A DNA stretch of 64,000 nt, taken from Phyllosticta citribraziliensis (lineage: Eukaryota). The stretch lies in assembly GCF_038025025.1 (NCBI RefSeq), contig NW_027117347.1, positions 1,240,001 to 1,304,000 of the forward strand. Reading direction: 5' to 3'. The notes beneath the pieces were generated by a model. That model worked only from the letters and a program-made list of their open reading frames with translations. It made no database searches and was not told the DNA's origin. This document shows, piece after piece, positions 37,364 to 49,928 of the stretch; position 1 is the stretch's first letter; each line of letters begins with the position of its first letter. Both the position numbers and the translations under genes were made by a program.

Positions 37364-40190
37364 ATGGACTACCAGGGTGCGTCGGCGCCTCAAAAGAAGA
37401 AGCGTGCGTATGCCGCTCAGGCGTATGAGTTTGGCGCAAACACTGGAGCTGCCGCGGGCACTCCGCCTGCCATGGTGCCTCCTGCTGGTGGTGCCGTGGA
37501 CCCGTTGGCAGGACAGTTTGGCCAGATGAACCTGGGAGCTCAGCAGGCTCCTCAGCAGCCCATGATGCAACCCATGCAGACGATGCAGCAGCCGCCGATG
37601 CCTGCTCAGACTGCGCAGCTCAACCAGCTTGTCACGACCGACTTGATTAGCGCACCCTTCAACGTCTACGAGCTCGATCAACCCCCACCGCCAATCATCC
37701 TCCCTCCGAACGTAAGAGTTGATGGACTGGCAGTTGCAAGGCAATGCTAACAGACCGCCAGACCAGTGTTACTCCCTCTGAGTTTGCGAATTGCCCTCCG
37801 AAATATGTGCGGTCGACGCTAAACACTCTTCCGACTACACACTCGCTATTGAAGAAGTCTCGGCTGCCAATGGCCCTTGTCATTCAACCATACACGTCTC
37901 TTCACGATGCCGAGGACCCCGTACCTGTTGTGCCTGACCAGGTCATCTCTCGCTGCCGGAGATGCAGGTCGTACATCAACCCCTTTGCGACCTTCTTGGA
38001 CCACGGCCACCGCTGGCGCTGCAACATGTGCAACCTTACAAACGATGTCCCGCAGGCGTTCGACTGGGATGCGACGACTCAGCAGAGCGTGGATAGGTGG
38101 CAGCGGCCGGAGCTCAACTACTCGGTCGTCGAGTTTGTGGCCCCTCAAGAATACATGGTCCGGCCACCTCAGCCGTTAGTGTATCTTTTCCTCTTCGACG
38201 TCAGCTATGCCGCCGTCACCAATGGCTTGCTGGCTACTGCCGCTCGCTGCATATCAGAGAGCTTGGACAGGATTCCCAACGCGGACAGGAGGACTCGTCT
38301 TGGATTCATGGCCGTCGACTCTAGCCTCCACTACTTCTCCATCCCACGTGACGGGGCTGAGAACAGCGACCCCAGGATGCTGGTCGTTAGCGACCTCGAT
38401 GAGCCGTTCCTCCCCACGCCCGAGGATCTCTTGGTCAACCTCTCCGAGGCGCGCCAAAACATTGAAAACTTTTTGAACAAGCTCCAAAACATGTTTCAGG
38501 ATACCCAAAACGGGGGCTCCGCCATGGGGTCAGCGTTGCGCGCCGGACACAAGCTCATCGCCCCCGTGGGTGGCAAGATCACCGTCCTCAGCGCGTCGCT
38601 GCCAAACATTGGCTACGGCAAGCTAGACATGAGGGAGGACAAGAAGGTTTTGGGCACTAGCGGCGAGGGCAAGCTCCTGCAGACGGCCAATAGTTTCTAC
38701 AAGAGCTTTGCCGTCGAGTGTTCGAAGAACCAGGTTTCCATTGACATGTTTCTTTTCTCGTCTCAGTACCAGGACGTTGCCACACTGTCCAACCTGCCAA
38801 GATACACTGGCGGACAAACATGGTTCTACCCGGGCTGGAACGCAGCGCGAAGCGAAGACGCCATCAAGTTTGCCCGCGAGTTCAGCGATTACCTGTCGTC
38901 CGAGATTGGTCTAGAAGCCGTGCTGCGGGTTCGGGCAACGACTGGCCTCCGCATGAGCACCTTTTACGGCAACTTCTTCAACCGAAGCTCGGACCTCTGC
39001 GCATTCCCTGCCTTCCCTCGCGACCAGGCGTACGTTGTCGAGGTGGCCATTGACGAGACGCTTACGAAGCCGTTTGTCTGCATGCAGACCGCTGTTCTTC
39101 ACACGACGTGCAACGGCGAGAGAAGAATCAGGGTTCTGACGCTGGCCATCCCGACCACGGACAACCTGGCCAGCGTGTACTCGTCGGCGGATGCTGAGGC
39201 CATCACCGTCTACTTTAGCCACAAGGCCGTGGAGAGGGCGCTGGGGAGCGGCCTGGACGCGGCACGGGATGCGTTGCAAAGCAAGGTCATTGAGATTTTG
39301 CAGACTTACAAGAAGGAACTTGCAGGAGGCAATATCGGTGGCGGTCTGCAGCTGCCAGCGAACCTCAGGGCTCTTCCTGTCCTGTTCCTTGGCCTCATCA
39401 AGAATGTAGGTGGCATCCAGTCCCATTCCCAAATTCGAGTGGTGGGGGAGGACTAACAGACGGGGCGCAGGTTGGACTACGGAGATCGGCTCAGATACCT
39501 TCGGATCTGCGAGCGGCGGCCCTTTGCCTACTGTCGACGCTGCCGTTGCCGCTAATGATACAGTACATCTACCCCCGCTTCTACTCGCTGCACGACATGC
39601 CCGACGACGCTGGCACGCCTCACCCGGAGACGGGCGAGATTGCGCTGCCGCCGGCGTTGAACCTGTCGTCGGAGAGGATCGTGCCGTACGGACTGTACCT
39701 GATCGACGACGGGGTCAACCAGTTTGTGTGGGTGGGGCGCGACGCGGTGCCGCAGCTGCTGATTGACGTGTTTGGGGTGGACGACAAGAACGCCATCCGG
39801 CAGGGCAAGTCGACGATGCCGATTCTGGAAAACGAGATGAATGAGCGGGTGCGCGGGGTGATTGAGAAGAGCAAGGATCACAGGATGAAGGGGTGCGGCA
39901 GCATAACCGTGCCGACGCTGTACATCATCAGGGAAGATGGCGACCCGAGCCTCAAACTTTGGGCACAGACGCTGCTAGTGGAGGACAGGGCCGACCAGGG
40001 CGTCAGCTTGCAGCAGTGGCTGGGCATGCTGAGAGAAAAGGTGAGTTGAACAGCTGTTGAATTTTTGTTACGACCAGCAAGAAAAAAAGAAGAAGAAGAA
40101 GAAAAAAAAAAAAGAGAGAGAAAGGGACGTGGCCGGAGCGAGGTCGTGAGCGAGGGGCTGACCAGGCGGGCAATCTAGGTGGTGCAGTAA
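37364..40190 (+). CDS. SEC24: COPII coat subunit Sec24; multi-exon
   Basis: [18 protein letters not shown] zinc finger, [33 protein letters not shown] and gelsolin-like C-terminus. Terminal micro-exon GTG GTG CAG TAA ends at 40190. Confidence 0.96.
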
Positions 40191-41571
40191 AAAGCGGTTT
40201 AGCTGCCGAGAAGGACGCTACTACAGGTACGGTAGGTAGTGTGGTGGGAGGGTGTGTTCCGGTGGGCGACGTGTCGGGTGGGCGCATGCAGCGCGGGGGG
40301 AACCATGGGAGAGAGAGAGGGGGGGGGGAGGGGGCGGTGAGCAACAGCAGCAGCAGCGGCGGCGTAGGCAGGTAGCACAGCGTTGTTTACAAATGTCGAA
40401 TAAATGGGCTTGACGAAGAAGAGAGAGAGGGAGGGGTGGTGGCGGTGGTGTTGTGAGGACCTGACAGCAACCCCCCCGGACCTACCTGCACAGCCAAAAG
40501 AAGAAGAGGTCAGGTGGTGGGGCGCGAGTCAGGTTCCTTTCCTCAGGCCGGTCGGGCGCTGAACGCCTCAACCGGGCTGTGATGGGCGGCGGGCGCGCGG
40601 CATGGCATGGCATGTGGGAATGGCTTGGGTTTTACGCTTTTTTGTGAAGATCCCCCCCATCGAGTCGCGTATCTGGGCGCCCTTGCATGGTGACGTTGGG
40701 AGTTTTGTTCCTGTCCTGCCCGCGAGTCCTGCTGTTTTTTTTCTTTTCTTTTCTTTTCTTTTTTTTCCCTTGTTCCTATTTACCAATTGCATTTTGTTGT
40801 TGCTGCTGCTGCTGCGACGTGGTTTCACATGCCGGGGGAGGGAGGAGGGGGTTACCTGACGGTGGATGGTGATGGGACGACGATGCAGGCAGGCAGGCAG
40901 GCAGGCAGGCAGTCCCAGGCCAGGTCCAACGACATTCTTCCTTTTTAATTTTCCTTTTTGCTGTCACTACAGCTGTCGCTGTTCGCTGCTGTGGCTGTGG
41001 CTGACGGAAAGCTGGGAGCTGGGAGCTGGGAGCTGGAGGAGGAAGAGCAGGAGGAGCAGGCAGGTGGGCGGCGGCGGTGGTGGTGGTGGTGGTGGTGGTG
41101 GGCGCAAGGGACATGGTGGCAGGGCGCCCGGTTGGATGAAACTAATTCCCAACCTTCTCGACCTGGCCTGACACTCGGTCACTGCAGAGAGGAGGGACCT
41201 GAGCCAGAACAGAGCAGACCTGAGCCACCATCCGATGCCATGTTCGCGCCCCGTCCGTCGATCCAGGTCTGGTGCAGGTGCGGCTCTGGCGCCGGGCACG
41301 TGAAGGGGGGAGACCGGGAGACCTAGGCAATCAATGTAAATACATGTACATAGCAGGCAGGCAGGCAGGCAGGCAGGGACTGTGGATTATTTGAGCTAGG
41401 CACAGTACAGTACATACAGCAGCAGCAGAGTACGGTATCTACATGTATGCGCCCTCTTGATTATTACATATACGATGCCGCGCGTCGAGTCGGTCGCATG
41501 TCTCTTTTTCGTTGTCGTCGTCGCCGCCGCCCTCATCATCACCTCAGCGGCCAGCAGCAGGTCATGTCCGT

Positions 41572-41603
<32 letters not shown>

Positions 41604-42620
41604 GGAAAAGTCAATGAGAGAAAGGCAAGGCAAGGCAAGGCAAGGTGGGTGAGATGGGTAGGATGACTACCGTAGCTCGGCCGCCCAGCCAGGTGCAGCG
41701 GCGCGGCGGTGGCGGCGGCGGGCTTGTTCGCGCGCGCTCGCTCGCTCGACCAGCCCCTCCTCTCTGAAGTGAGTGACAGTCTGAGATGGGTGCAGTCCCG
41801 TCGCCGTGAGGGATGGATGGATGATGGCCGTGTGAAGGATGCGACGACGTCAAGCTGTCTGTCAGTCATCCAGCCAGCAGCCAGTCTGCGTCGACCGACC
41901 GACCGACCGTGTTCCTGGCCTGGCCCGCCGGGGGCCTGCCCTGCTGCCCTGCTGCCCTGCTGCCCTGCCTCCGGCTTGTCAAGTCAAATTTAGCTGCCCT
42001 CGACAGGCCTAACATCCCTAGTTAGTTACTCCAGCCCCTCGCATTGAGGTGCATGCAAAGACTAGCCTCGCCTCTATCTGGCTGCTCCTGCCCGTCAGGT
42101 CGCCTTCTCGACCAGCCCGTATGTGATCTGCCCTCCGCTCTTCCACACTTCGTCCCGTCTCCATCTCCAATTCTCCATCAACACCAAATCCACTGGACCT
42201 GTCCCACCTCAACCCGATCCCGACCCCGACCCCGACTCCGACTCGACTCCGACTCGACTGACGACACAAGACTCGACCACGCCTTACTCGTCAAGCCCCA
42301 CGTTCCTGTCGCCACCGCAATCCTCACCCGCGCACCCGCCAGCCTTCCCCATCGTCCGTCCGAACGCTGCACTGCGCCCGCTGACCCTTATCGCGACCAT
42401 TCTCCTTCTCGTCCTCGCCGTCCTCGCCGTCGTCGTCGTCGTCGTCGTCGTCGTGCCATGAGACACGGCTAGCCGACATCCAAGCCCCATCAGTCACCCA
42501 CTGCTACCACGTACTCCATCACCGCCCTCTCAGCGCCCACTGCGCACACCTCGGCCGCACCTCTGCGCTTGGCTGCGGCATCAACACCACCACGGCCTCG
42601 CACGCGCGTGCAACAAGCGG
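40050..42620. repeat. Microsatellite/low-complexity-rich intergenic region upstream of the C2H2 TF
   Basis: (GCAG)n at ~40885 and ~41353, (GGT)n ~41076, (GGGAGCT)n ~41014, (TGGC)n ~41572, (GCAAG)n ~41626, (CCCGAC)n ~42219, (GTC)n ~42429, plus poly-A and poly-G runs. Confidence 0.85.
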
Positions 42621-42930
42621 CCGGATGCCGATGCGACAGGCGGCTTTTCACATCACCACACGCTCCGTTTCAGCAACACTGCTCCCCTCCGCCTCATCAG
42701 ACGCCGCGGCCAGCCTGACGACAACCTGACTGCAACCGCCTCCCGACCTTGCCAGACATTCCCGGGGCCCTGGCTTCTGGGAGGTAGGTCGCAGCAAGCT
42801 CGTGTCACCAAAGGAAGCAAGTAAGACTTGGCGTTTCACCGTCAGCTTCTCTCCCCTCTGGCAACTTTCCCGGCCGCACACCTTGCGGTAATAATAGCCT
42901 GCCAACCCCGCAACCCGACGAGACCTGACC

Positions 42931-45255
42931 ATGTCTGGCTTTCGCGCCGTAAACACCACCTTGACCGTGCCCGAGCCGCCGCCGGGCCAGCCTGGCGAGG
43001 AAAACACGCCCACCACGCCCCGTCCGAACAAGTCGTTCTACGAGCAACAACATCACCAACATCTCGACGCCTCGCCCGACTCCCGTCCCGATGACCAGTC
43101 CGTCAAGACGCCTACTAGAGATAGCTTTGGAGGAGTGACGGGCCAGAAGCCTCTGCCGACCCCCTCGGCGCCGCTCTCGCACCAGGACTCGAAGAAGCAG
43201 CTCCACCGAAACTCGACCTTGCGACGAGGCAACTCGGATTACTCTCAGCACTCGGCTGGGGCACAGGATGTGGACATGGACAATGACGGAGGCCGTGACG
43301 GTTCGGACAACGAGAGCGGCCACAGCGATAACAATCGCCCGGCCAAGAAGAAAAAGGGCCAGCGCTTCTTTTGCACAGAGTTTCCGCCTTGCCAGCTGAG
43401 CTTTACGAGAAGCGAACATCTGGCCAGGCACATTCGGTACGTCACGCTTGCAGCTTCCTGCCGCTAGCCGTTGCTAATGCATCCCCCCAGAAAACACACG
43501 GGCGAAAGGCCGTTTCAATGCCATTGCAACCGACGCTTCTCGCGCCTCGACAATCTTCGTCAACATGCGCAAACAGTGCACGTCAACGAAGATATTCCGG
43601 GTGACTCCTTGGCCGCCACCGGCACGAGGTTCCAGCGCCAAATCAGGACTGATCGGGTTCGACCGGTAAGTAGTCGGTCGAGGACCTCAACCATGAGTAG
43701 TGGTGGCGCCCACAGCAGAGGCCACAGCCGGAACTTGTCGGCATCAAGCATAGCTTCGACAAGCTCCAATGCTAGCGACCGGGATGAAATCCACAGGCGG
43801 GCCGCGCCACTGGCGATAGCCGGCGACGGAGCAGCAAGAGCACGGCTGTCGCTGGACACGTACGGTTCCGGCAGTCAATATCCACCCTTCAGCGGCCAGT
43901 CGCCAAGTGGTTTCAGCACACCAACATCGGCCACCTTCTCTCCAGCAACCGGCAGTCCAGGTCCCAGGTACCCGTCAGGCCTTGATTCGCCCGTCTCCAC
44001 ACATCAACGACCTGTCACATGGAGCGGTCACACCCCTGGGCGTAGGCTGTCCGTTCCTTCGGGCGGCGGCGCCAACCCATTCCAGGGCCCTCCCGGTGCG
44101 AGCTGCCCTCCTCCGTACATGAGTCCGATGCCATCGTCTTCGTCTTCAGCGTTTTCCAACAACGGAAGCTATCTGGCAAGCCCGACTGGCTCCACCTTCT
44201 CCACGGATTCCAGACGCGAGTCTGTCAGTTCGGAAGCTGATTGGCGGCGGAGGACATGGCACCCCGGTACTCTGTCGAGCTTGACTCCCAGACCGGCGAC
44301 CAGCGGTCTAAGTTACTATCAGACCCCGGACGCCCCTCAGCCGTCCTTCTCAGCCCAACCAGCTGCCAGTCAACCGCCTTCGACCCAAGTGACACGCCTC
44401 CCTGGAATCGAGTCTTTTTCGTTTGAGCATGCACCGCCCATGCCCTCGCAGCTGCAGCGGCAACCAAGCCCAATGCAGGTTGATCATCCAAACAGGCCGT
44501 CGGCCATGGAACCCTCGACGTCGAGCTCGCACCACGGCCACCGGCGCAGCCACAATTCTATAGATATATCCCTGCAACGCGGCATCCACAAGCTGGACAT
44601 CACCAACTCTACTCCGCCCAGGGAATCGACTTCTTGGTTCAACTACGGTAGTGCTCGCGAACCGTCACGGTCGCAGAGGCCCACGACAGCACCGCACCCG
44701 AGTTTTTCGGCCCATCGTGCCGCGCCGCCCCCTCCCTTGACTCATTTAAACCGCCCTGCGCCACAGGCGGAGACAGAGTCTAAACGCAGCTCGGGAGAAC
44801 ATCCCTCCACACCCCAGAAAAGCAAGAGGCATGGATGGTACATGGGACCGCTGTCACACCCGCCGCAACAGCACGCCCATCCGCCACATAATGCGCACCG
44901 GACTTCGCCAGAGGACTCGAGTAGCAGCGAAGGCGTGCCGACGCCTTCGACTTCGTCCCTGGATCAGTACTACCCTGTAATTGTCAATGGCAATGGACAG
45001 CCGGACGAGCGGCCTTCGAGCATGCACATGGACGACCCCAAAAAGTTCACCTTTCCCGCGCCACCTCAGTCCGCGGCAGACGCGCCTCCGCGCACTCGCC
45101 ACAGCGTGCATTTTGGAACGCAGCCTGCACAACACCAACGTCCATACGGCTCTGCTTTTGGAAGCTCTCATGAATCCCGGAATTCCAACGACATGAGGCG
45201 CCTTGAGGCGCTAGTTGCCGTTGCCACGGGTGAGCAATCATCAGATCGCGCATGA
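42931..45255 (+). CDS. C2H2 zinc-finger transcription factor, Usv1/Nsf1 (Rgm1)-like; 2 exons
   Basis: [54 protein letters not shown] spans intron 43437-43490. S/P-rich body; C-terminal [12 protein letters not shown]. Confidence 0.88.
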
Positions 45256-47269
45256 TGACAAGAGATTACGGCCGACCAAAGATGCGAGAGACGCCTGCGT
45301 TGTCCACCACATCAAGAGGGAGCAAGACGCGCGTTCGTCACAATGATCTTTCTTTCCTCTTGCCCAAACCACGACATGGGCAAGAAACCAGAATCCGCCC
45401 CTCTCCAACATCTCACGAATTGAATGACGTTACGACCCTTCCCACGCCTCCCATGAAATGACTTGCTACTACTTGACGACTCCATGCGACGAAGAAACCC
45501 ATCATCGGTGCGCACCAAGATACCCATGAGAGAGGATGGCTTTGTCGATTTTCCCTTGTTTTTCGCTTTTCGATTCATTTGTCTACTCGTCCTCTTTGCC
45601 CCCCTTCCTGAGTTACCCCTCCCCTCGCAGCATGTATTCCTGTCCTTTTTTCACTAGGTACCTGTTCGAGTTGGCGGAATTATTCTGACGGCGTATCTTT
45701 GTTCGTCGAGGCACTCTCCGGTCATATCAATCACCATCTCACTTCTCTCGACGACGACGACTTCTTTTGGCCTTTTTGTGTTTGTGCGATGCGATGCGCT
45801 GCGACTTGAATCTCTCTCCTTTTTGCTTGCCTCTTATAAGGGTTTGTCGGATCTATCTGTCGCTTTTGGGACTCGCGTAATGCTTGCAGGCTTTGCTGTT
45901 GTTGTTTTGTTGTCCTAGACCAAAAACACTCGCTCGTCGCTGCTATACCAACCAACCATCCAACCTACCAATTATCCACACCTTCCTCTCCCTCGTTGAA
46001 GCTTTGCGTGTCGTCTCTTCGCCGTCTGTGTGTTTTGATGTGTTGTTTTACGAGGCGGTCCTCGACTCTCGTTGTGATGCGCTCGCTCGCGTCGCTTCTT
46101 TCTCTCACTACCCTGTCCTCTTCTTCCCCTTCTTGCCCTTTGTTCTGCATTGTCTCGTCCTCTTTTCTCCCTTTGTCTTTCAGCGTTCGATGGAGTCGCC
46201 CTTACGTACCTACGATGGTTATGCCCGTCCTACGGCAAGATGTAATGATGGAATGGAATGGAATGGATTGAAATGGATTTATATGGATCTTGTTCCTGGT
46301 TGATTGAGTGGGTTTCGATGGGTTTGGGTCGATTGGAATCGATTGGAATCGATTGGATTCTTGCACTTGATTGTGTGCCTGTGCCTGTGTCTGGTCGATG
46401 ACCGATTTACTTGAGCACTTGAGTCACTACAAGGTCAAGCCGGCGAGTAAACATTTCCTCCGTATTTGCTGCACTGGTTGCCACATTTTGCCAGCTTATC
46501 TGACCGTTTGGATGAGTATTTAAGGTGCTGGCTGGTTGGTGACGAGCAGGTTAGTATATCTGCCACCCTCTTCCCTCTCTTGTCGGTTGTCTCTGATTCT
46601 AATCACATGTTGTACCCTTTGCTCTACCAAATGTCCATGGCACCGCTGGACTTGGATGATGCGACTGCTGGTGCCCGTGCGATGGACTGCGGCTTCCTCT
46701 GCCACAGGCTCGCCTGCCAACAAAAGTTCGGAGCATGTTTGAGGTGAATGAAGCTGCGGTAACGGCGTGCGTAGGCACGTCGCTCGAGAAAGAAGGAAGC
46801 CAGCTGGGCATCACTCACATCGCCATCAGTCGCTCCTGCTTCGGTGTCCACCCAGTGCCAGCGCAAAGCCCTCTCCCATCCCAACGCCCCCTCTCGTCTC
46901 TTTCTCCTCCGCTCTCCTCTCACTTTCTTCTCACCAGCACATCTTCCGCCGTCGTCAACTTCATCATCATCATCGCTATCGTGACTATCCGCCAGCAGCA
47001 CTACTTTGGCACCATTTCATTCAGCTCTTGCTCTCACTCACACATATCGCTTCGCTTCGTACATTACCAACCATCCATCCATCCATCCACATATCAATCA
47101 GGACCACTCAACCGACGCCGCACGCCCTCTCTGTCGGCTCGGCCCCCCCTGTCTCTCGTCCGTCCCCTCGCCCCCGCTACCAACTGTTTCCAACACTCGC
47201 CTCTCCAGCCTCCGCCCTCCCATCTCCCAACTCGGCCCTGCGCCACCGATCACGGCCCCGAGCGGCATA

Positions 47270-49024
47270 ATGGACGGCCAAGAAGTGACAAGGACTATCA
47301 CGACGACGTTGTGGGCCACGGACCCCTTTTGGGCGCTCACCACCCCGACCAAGTTTGCTACGGCGACGGAGACGGCGTTCGTCACGGCGACGGAGCGGTC
47401 GTTTGAGACGAAGTGGATTACCAACCTTGCGTGGAAGACGGTGGCTAGAATCGGTGGCTCCTCCCTTTCTGAGGTCAGTGGCTCTATCTCTGGGGTCGAT
47501 GGCTCTCTTTCCAGCTTCAGAAATGCTTCTATGTCCGTTACCTCGACGTCGTGTACGGTGCCGACGATCCGCACGACGGTCACGGCGATTCCTGGACGCG
47601 ATTTACCAAAGGAAAAGTGGACTGAGGGGATTGTGATCGGCTCCAATGTCGCAAGCATTCTTGGTACTCTCTTGGTTTGTTGGGGGGTTTACCAGTGGCG
47701 TTTGTATTGCATACGCAAACAGAACGAGGCTGCCAATGGTGGAGCTGGGAACCAAGGTGGAGCTGGAAACGAAGCCGGAGCTGGTAATGAAGCTGGAGCT
47801 GGAAGTCAAGCCGGAGCTGGAAGTCAAGCCGGAGATGGAAGTCAAGCAGGAGCTGGAAGTCAAGCAGGAGCTGGAAGTCAAGCAGGAGCTGGAAGTCAAG
47901 GTGGAACTGGCTCCCATGCCCAAGCCCAGCCTGCACTTCCAATTTCTCCTCCGCTTTCTCCTCCAATGCTTCCACCACGCCCACCTACACCGAATGTTAC
48001 TCCTTCCGGCCAAAATAATACACCTCAGGAGAATACCCGACGTCATGTTTTCCAAGGACCACCACGAACAGGAGAGGCATCGACTGCACCCGCGGATATT
48101 GGTATTGGAAGAAGTGGTCGCTGTCCGTCCATCCTTGCGTATGGCGACTTCATGATTGCTGACTATTTCGCAGCTCTCCCGAGGGCCAGCTCTGTGTATT
48201 CCGAAAGTCCTGGATTTCGCAGTGGAGACACTCAACCCCAAGATCGTCATACGCATACATACCCTGGTGCGAACTGCCCTGGCAGGAGCTGCCCGGGTAT
48301 TCCAATCGAAGAGCATTCCACTGACTCCTGCATGACGGCTGCCACGGGACCCGAACCAAGCGAAAATCCTTTGCACCGGAAGTCGTTGGTATTACTGCGT
48401 CAAGAACTCCCTCCACCTGTAGACTCGGACGATATTCCAGACCTCAGTGACAACGATATCTACGACGATGCAAATGAGGGCAGAAAAGTGCCAGGGTATC
48501 ACGTTTACACAAAGCAAGATGGTTCGCAACTGCAAGTTGAGCTACAGATTTTGCCCTCTTGTGACAATAGTTCCAGCGACGGCCACCAGAGTCAGACCAC
48601 TGCCTCGAATCGGCCTCCGGCAGCAACAGGGCCAAAAGAGAAAGTTACTCGCGACATTGGATCTCGACGCTCATTCAGAAAAGGAACCTGTCAGCCTCGT
48701 TGTTGCGATATTATCGACGAAGAGGATGCTAAAGAACAGTCGCTTGGGCCGAAAGCGGACGAGTCACTGCGCAACACTTCACAGGGTCTTCGTGGTGGTG
48801 GCGACGACTCGGAGTCTCTGACGGATTCTGTATCTTACCCTTCTTTTCCGAATCTGGAAGACCGCGCGGAACCACAGTCGGCTTCAACGACTAGGCCTGC
48901 GAACATGGTCGCCAACTATTCTGTCCCAATTCGCCCGAGATTGCCAACAGATCCTGTCATCTGCCGAGACAGCTACCCGACTGGAAAAGACAAAAGTGTT
49001 GTCTGTAAGAGCTTGGCCGCGTAG
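47270..49024 (+). CDS. Uncharacterised single-pass membrane protein with Thr-rich N-terminus, GAGSQA repeats and disordered tail; exon structure and ends uncertain (may extend to 49928)
   Basis: Long ORF (frame open from 47006, first ATG 47270). T-rich region, hydrophobic GIVIGSNVASILGTLLVCWGVY followed by basic residues, then a hexapeptide repeat. Confidence 0.55.
   Translation: MDGQEVTRTITTTLWATDPFWALTTPTKFATATETAFVTATERSFETKWITNLAWKTVARIGGSSLSEVSGSISGVDGSLSSFRNASMSVTSTSCTVPTIRTTVTAIPGRDLPKEKWTEGIVIGSNVASILGTLLVCWGVYQWRLYCIRKQNEAANGGAGNQGGAGNEAGAGNEAGAGSQAGAGSQAGDGSQAGAGSQAGAGSQAGAGSQGGTGSHAQAQPALPISPPLSPPMLPPRPPTPNVTPSGQNNTPQENTRRHVFQGPPRTGEASTAPADIGIGRSGRCPSILAYGDFMIADYFAALPRASSVYSESPGFRSGDTQPQDRHTHTYPGANCPGRSCPGIPIEEHSTDSCMTAATGPEPSENPLHRKSLVLLRQELPPPVDSDDIPDLSDNDIYDDANEGRKVPGYHVYTKQDGSQLQVELQILPSCDNSSSDGHQSQTTASNRPPAATGPKEKVTRDIGSRRSFRKGTCQPRCCDIIDEEDAKEQSLGPKADESLRNTSQGLRGGGDDSESLTDSVSYPSFPNLEDRAEPQSASTTRPANMVANYSVPIRPRLPTDPVICRDSYPTGKDKSVVCKSLAA
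47738..47917 (+). repeat. Coding minisatellite: 10 x 18-bp units encoding (G/A)GAG(S/N)(Q/E)
   Basis: Units such as GCAGGAGCTGGAAGTCAA repeated in frame. Confidence 0.92.
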
Positions 49025-49357
49025 GAAGAGGCTCAAGCCATTGCGGAAAACACCAGCACTTCGTCCCCCAAAGCTTCACACAAACAAATGGCACTCTCAA
49101 TACCTCGTGACTTGCGGAACCTCCTCCTCCAGGGGGCGCCCCTCACTGAGTCGCCGCCCACCGCGTTGGTCAGGGCGATTCACGAAAACATGGAGAGGCT
49201 GCGGAAAAAGGGAGTGGTGCTTGACTTGGAGTACGTCTTGGAAGCATTCAGGCTCGTGGACGACACTTGGCCGCTACTTTTTACACCTCAATTCCTCTCC
49301 ATGACAAGGAAATATCTACGGCACGCTCCTCCCCTTTTCGTCTGATTGAGATTGCAG

Positions 49358-49928
49358 CAATGACGACGATTGTGCTGACGTTAGTAGTGAGGCCGAAAAT
49401 CTGGGCGTTACATCCTCGGAACGTTCCTTCGACGCTGAATCTGCGGACGCTAAACCTCCGGACGATGGACCTGCGGACACTGAATCCTCGTACGCTGAAT
49501 GCTCCTCGGGCGCTGAATCCGAAGAATCTGATGAAGTTTTTATCATGGTCGACCTGCCCGATCAATCTGCGACGGGCAGGCTACAGGGAGAGGGCAGTTC
49601 TATCCCGGTTGTCCATACCCAAAATTCGGCTATTCACAGTGTCACCGTTCACGAGCCTGTTCCAAACCTCCCAGAGCCGCAGAGCGCCGTTTTCGGATGG
49701 GCGAACGGCGGCAATGACAGCGATGGTGACGCTGGTAGCGTCATCAGCGACGACGCCTCAGCAAACGGTCCCGCTACGCCGCCAAGCTATGCATCTGCTA
49801 CCTCCGAGGACGGTTCGGACGAGGATATGCTAGCGAGTAGAGATGATCTTTCCCTGGCGAGTCAAGAAGAGGTCTCTGTCCCGGCCGACGAAGAGGAGAT
49901 GAAGAAGCAGGAAGACAAGGAGCTCTAG
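49358..49928 (+). CDS. Acidic low-complexity exon or small gene (D/E/S-rich), possibly the 3' part of the upstream gene
   Basis: Open frame NDDDCADVSSEAENLG...MVDLPDQ...KQEDKEL* preceded by a CTGAT..TTGCAG acceptor at 49357. Contains degenerate 15-bp repeats at ~49430-49520. Confidence 0.4.

Noticed and set aside
47646..48155. Alternative-frame ORF with ELEVKQ/ELEVKP coiled-coil-like repeats
   Set aside because: Same minisatellite read in another frame; variation among units fits the GAGSQA frame, which belongs to the much longer ORF.
49321..49357. Possible 37-nt GC-AG intron joining the 49088 ORF to the acidic exon
   Set aside because: Frame-compatible but very short with a weak donor (GCACGC); cannot be supported without transcript data.
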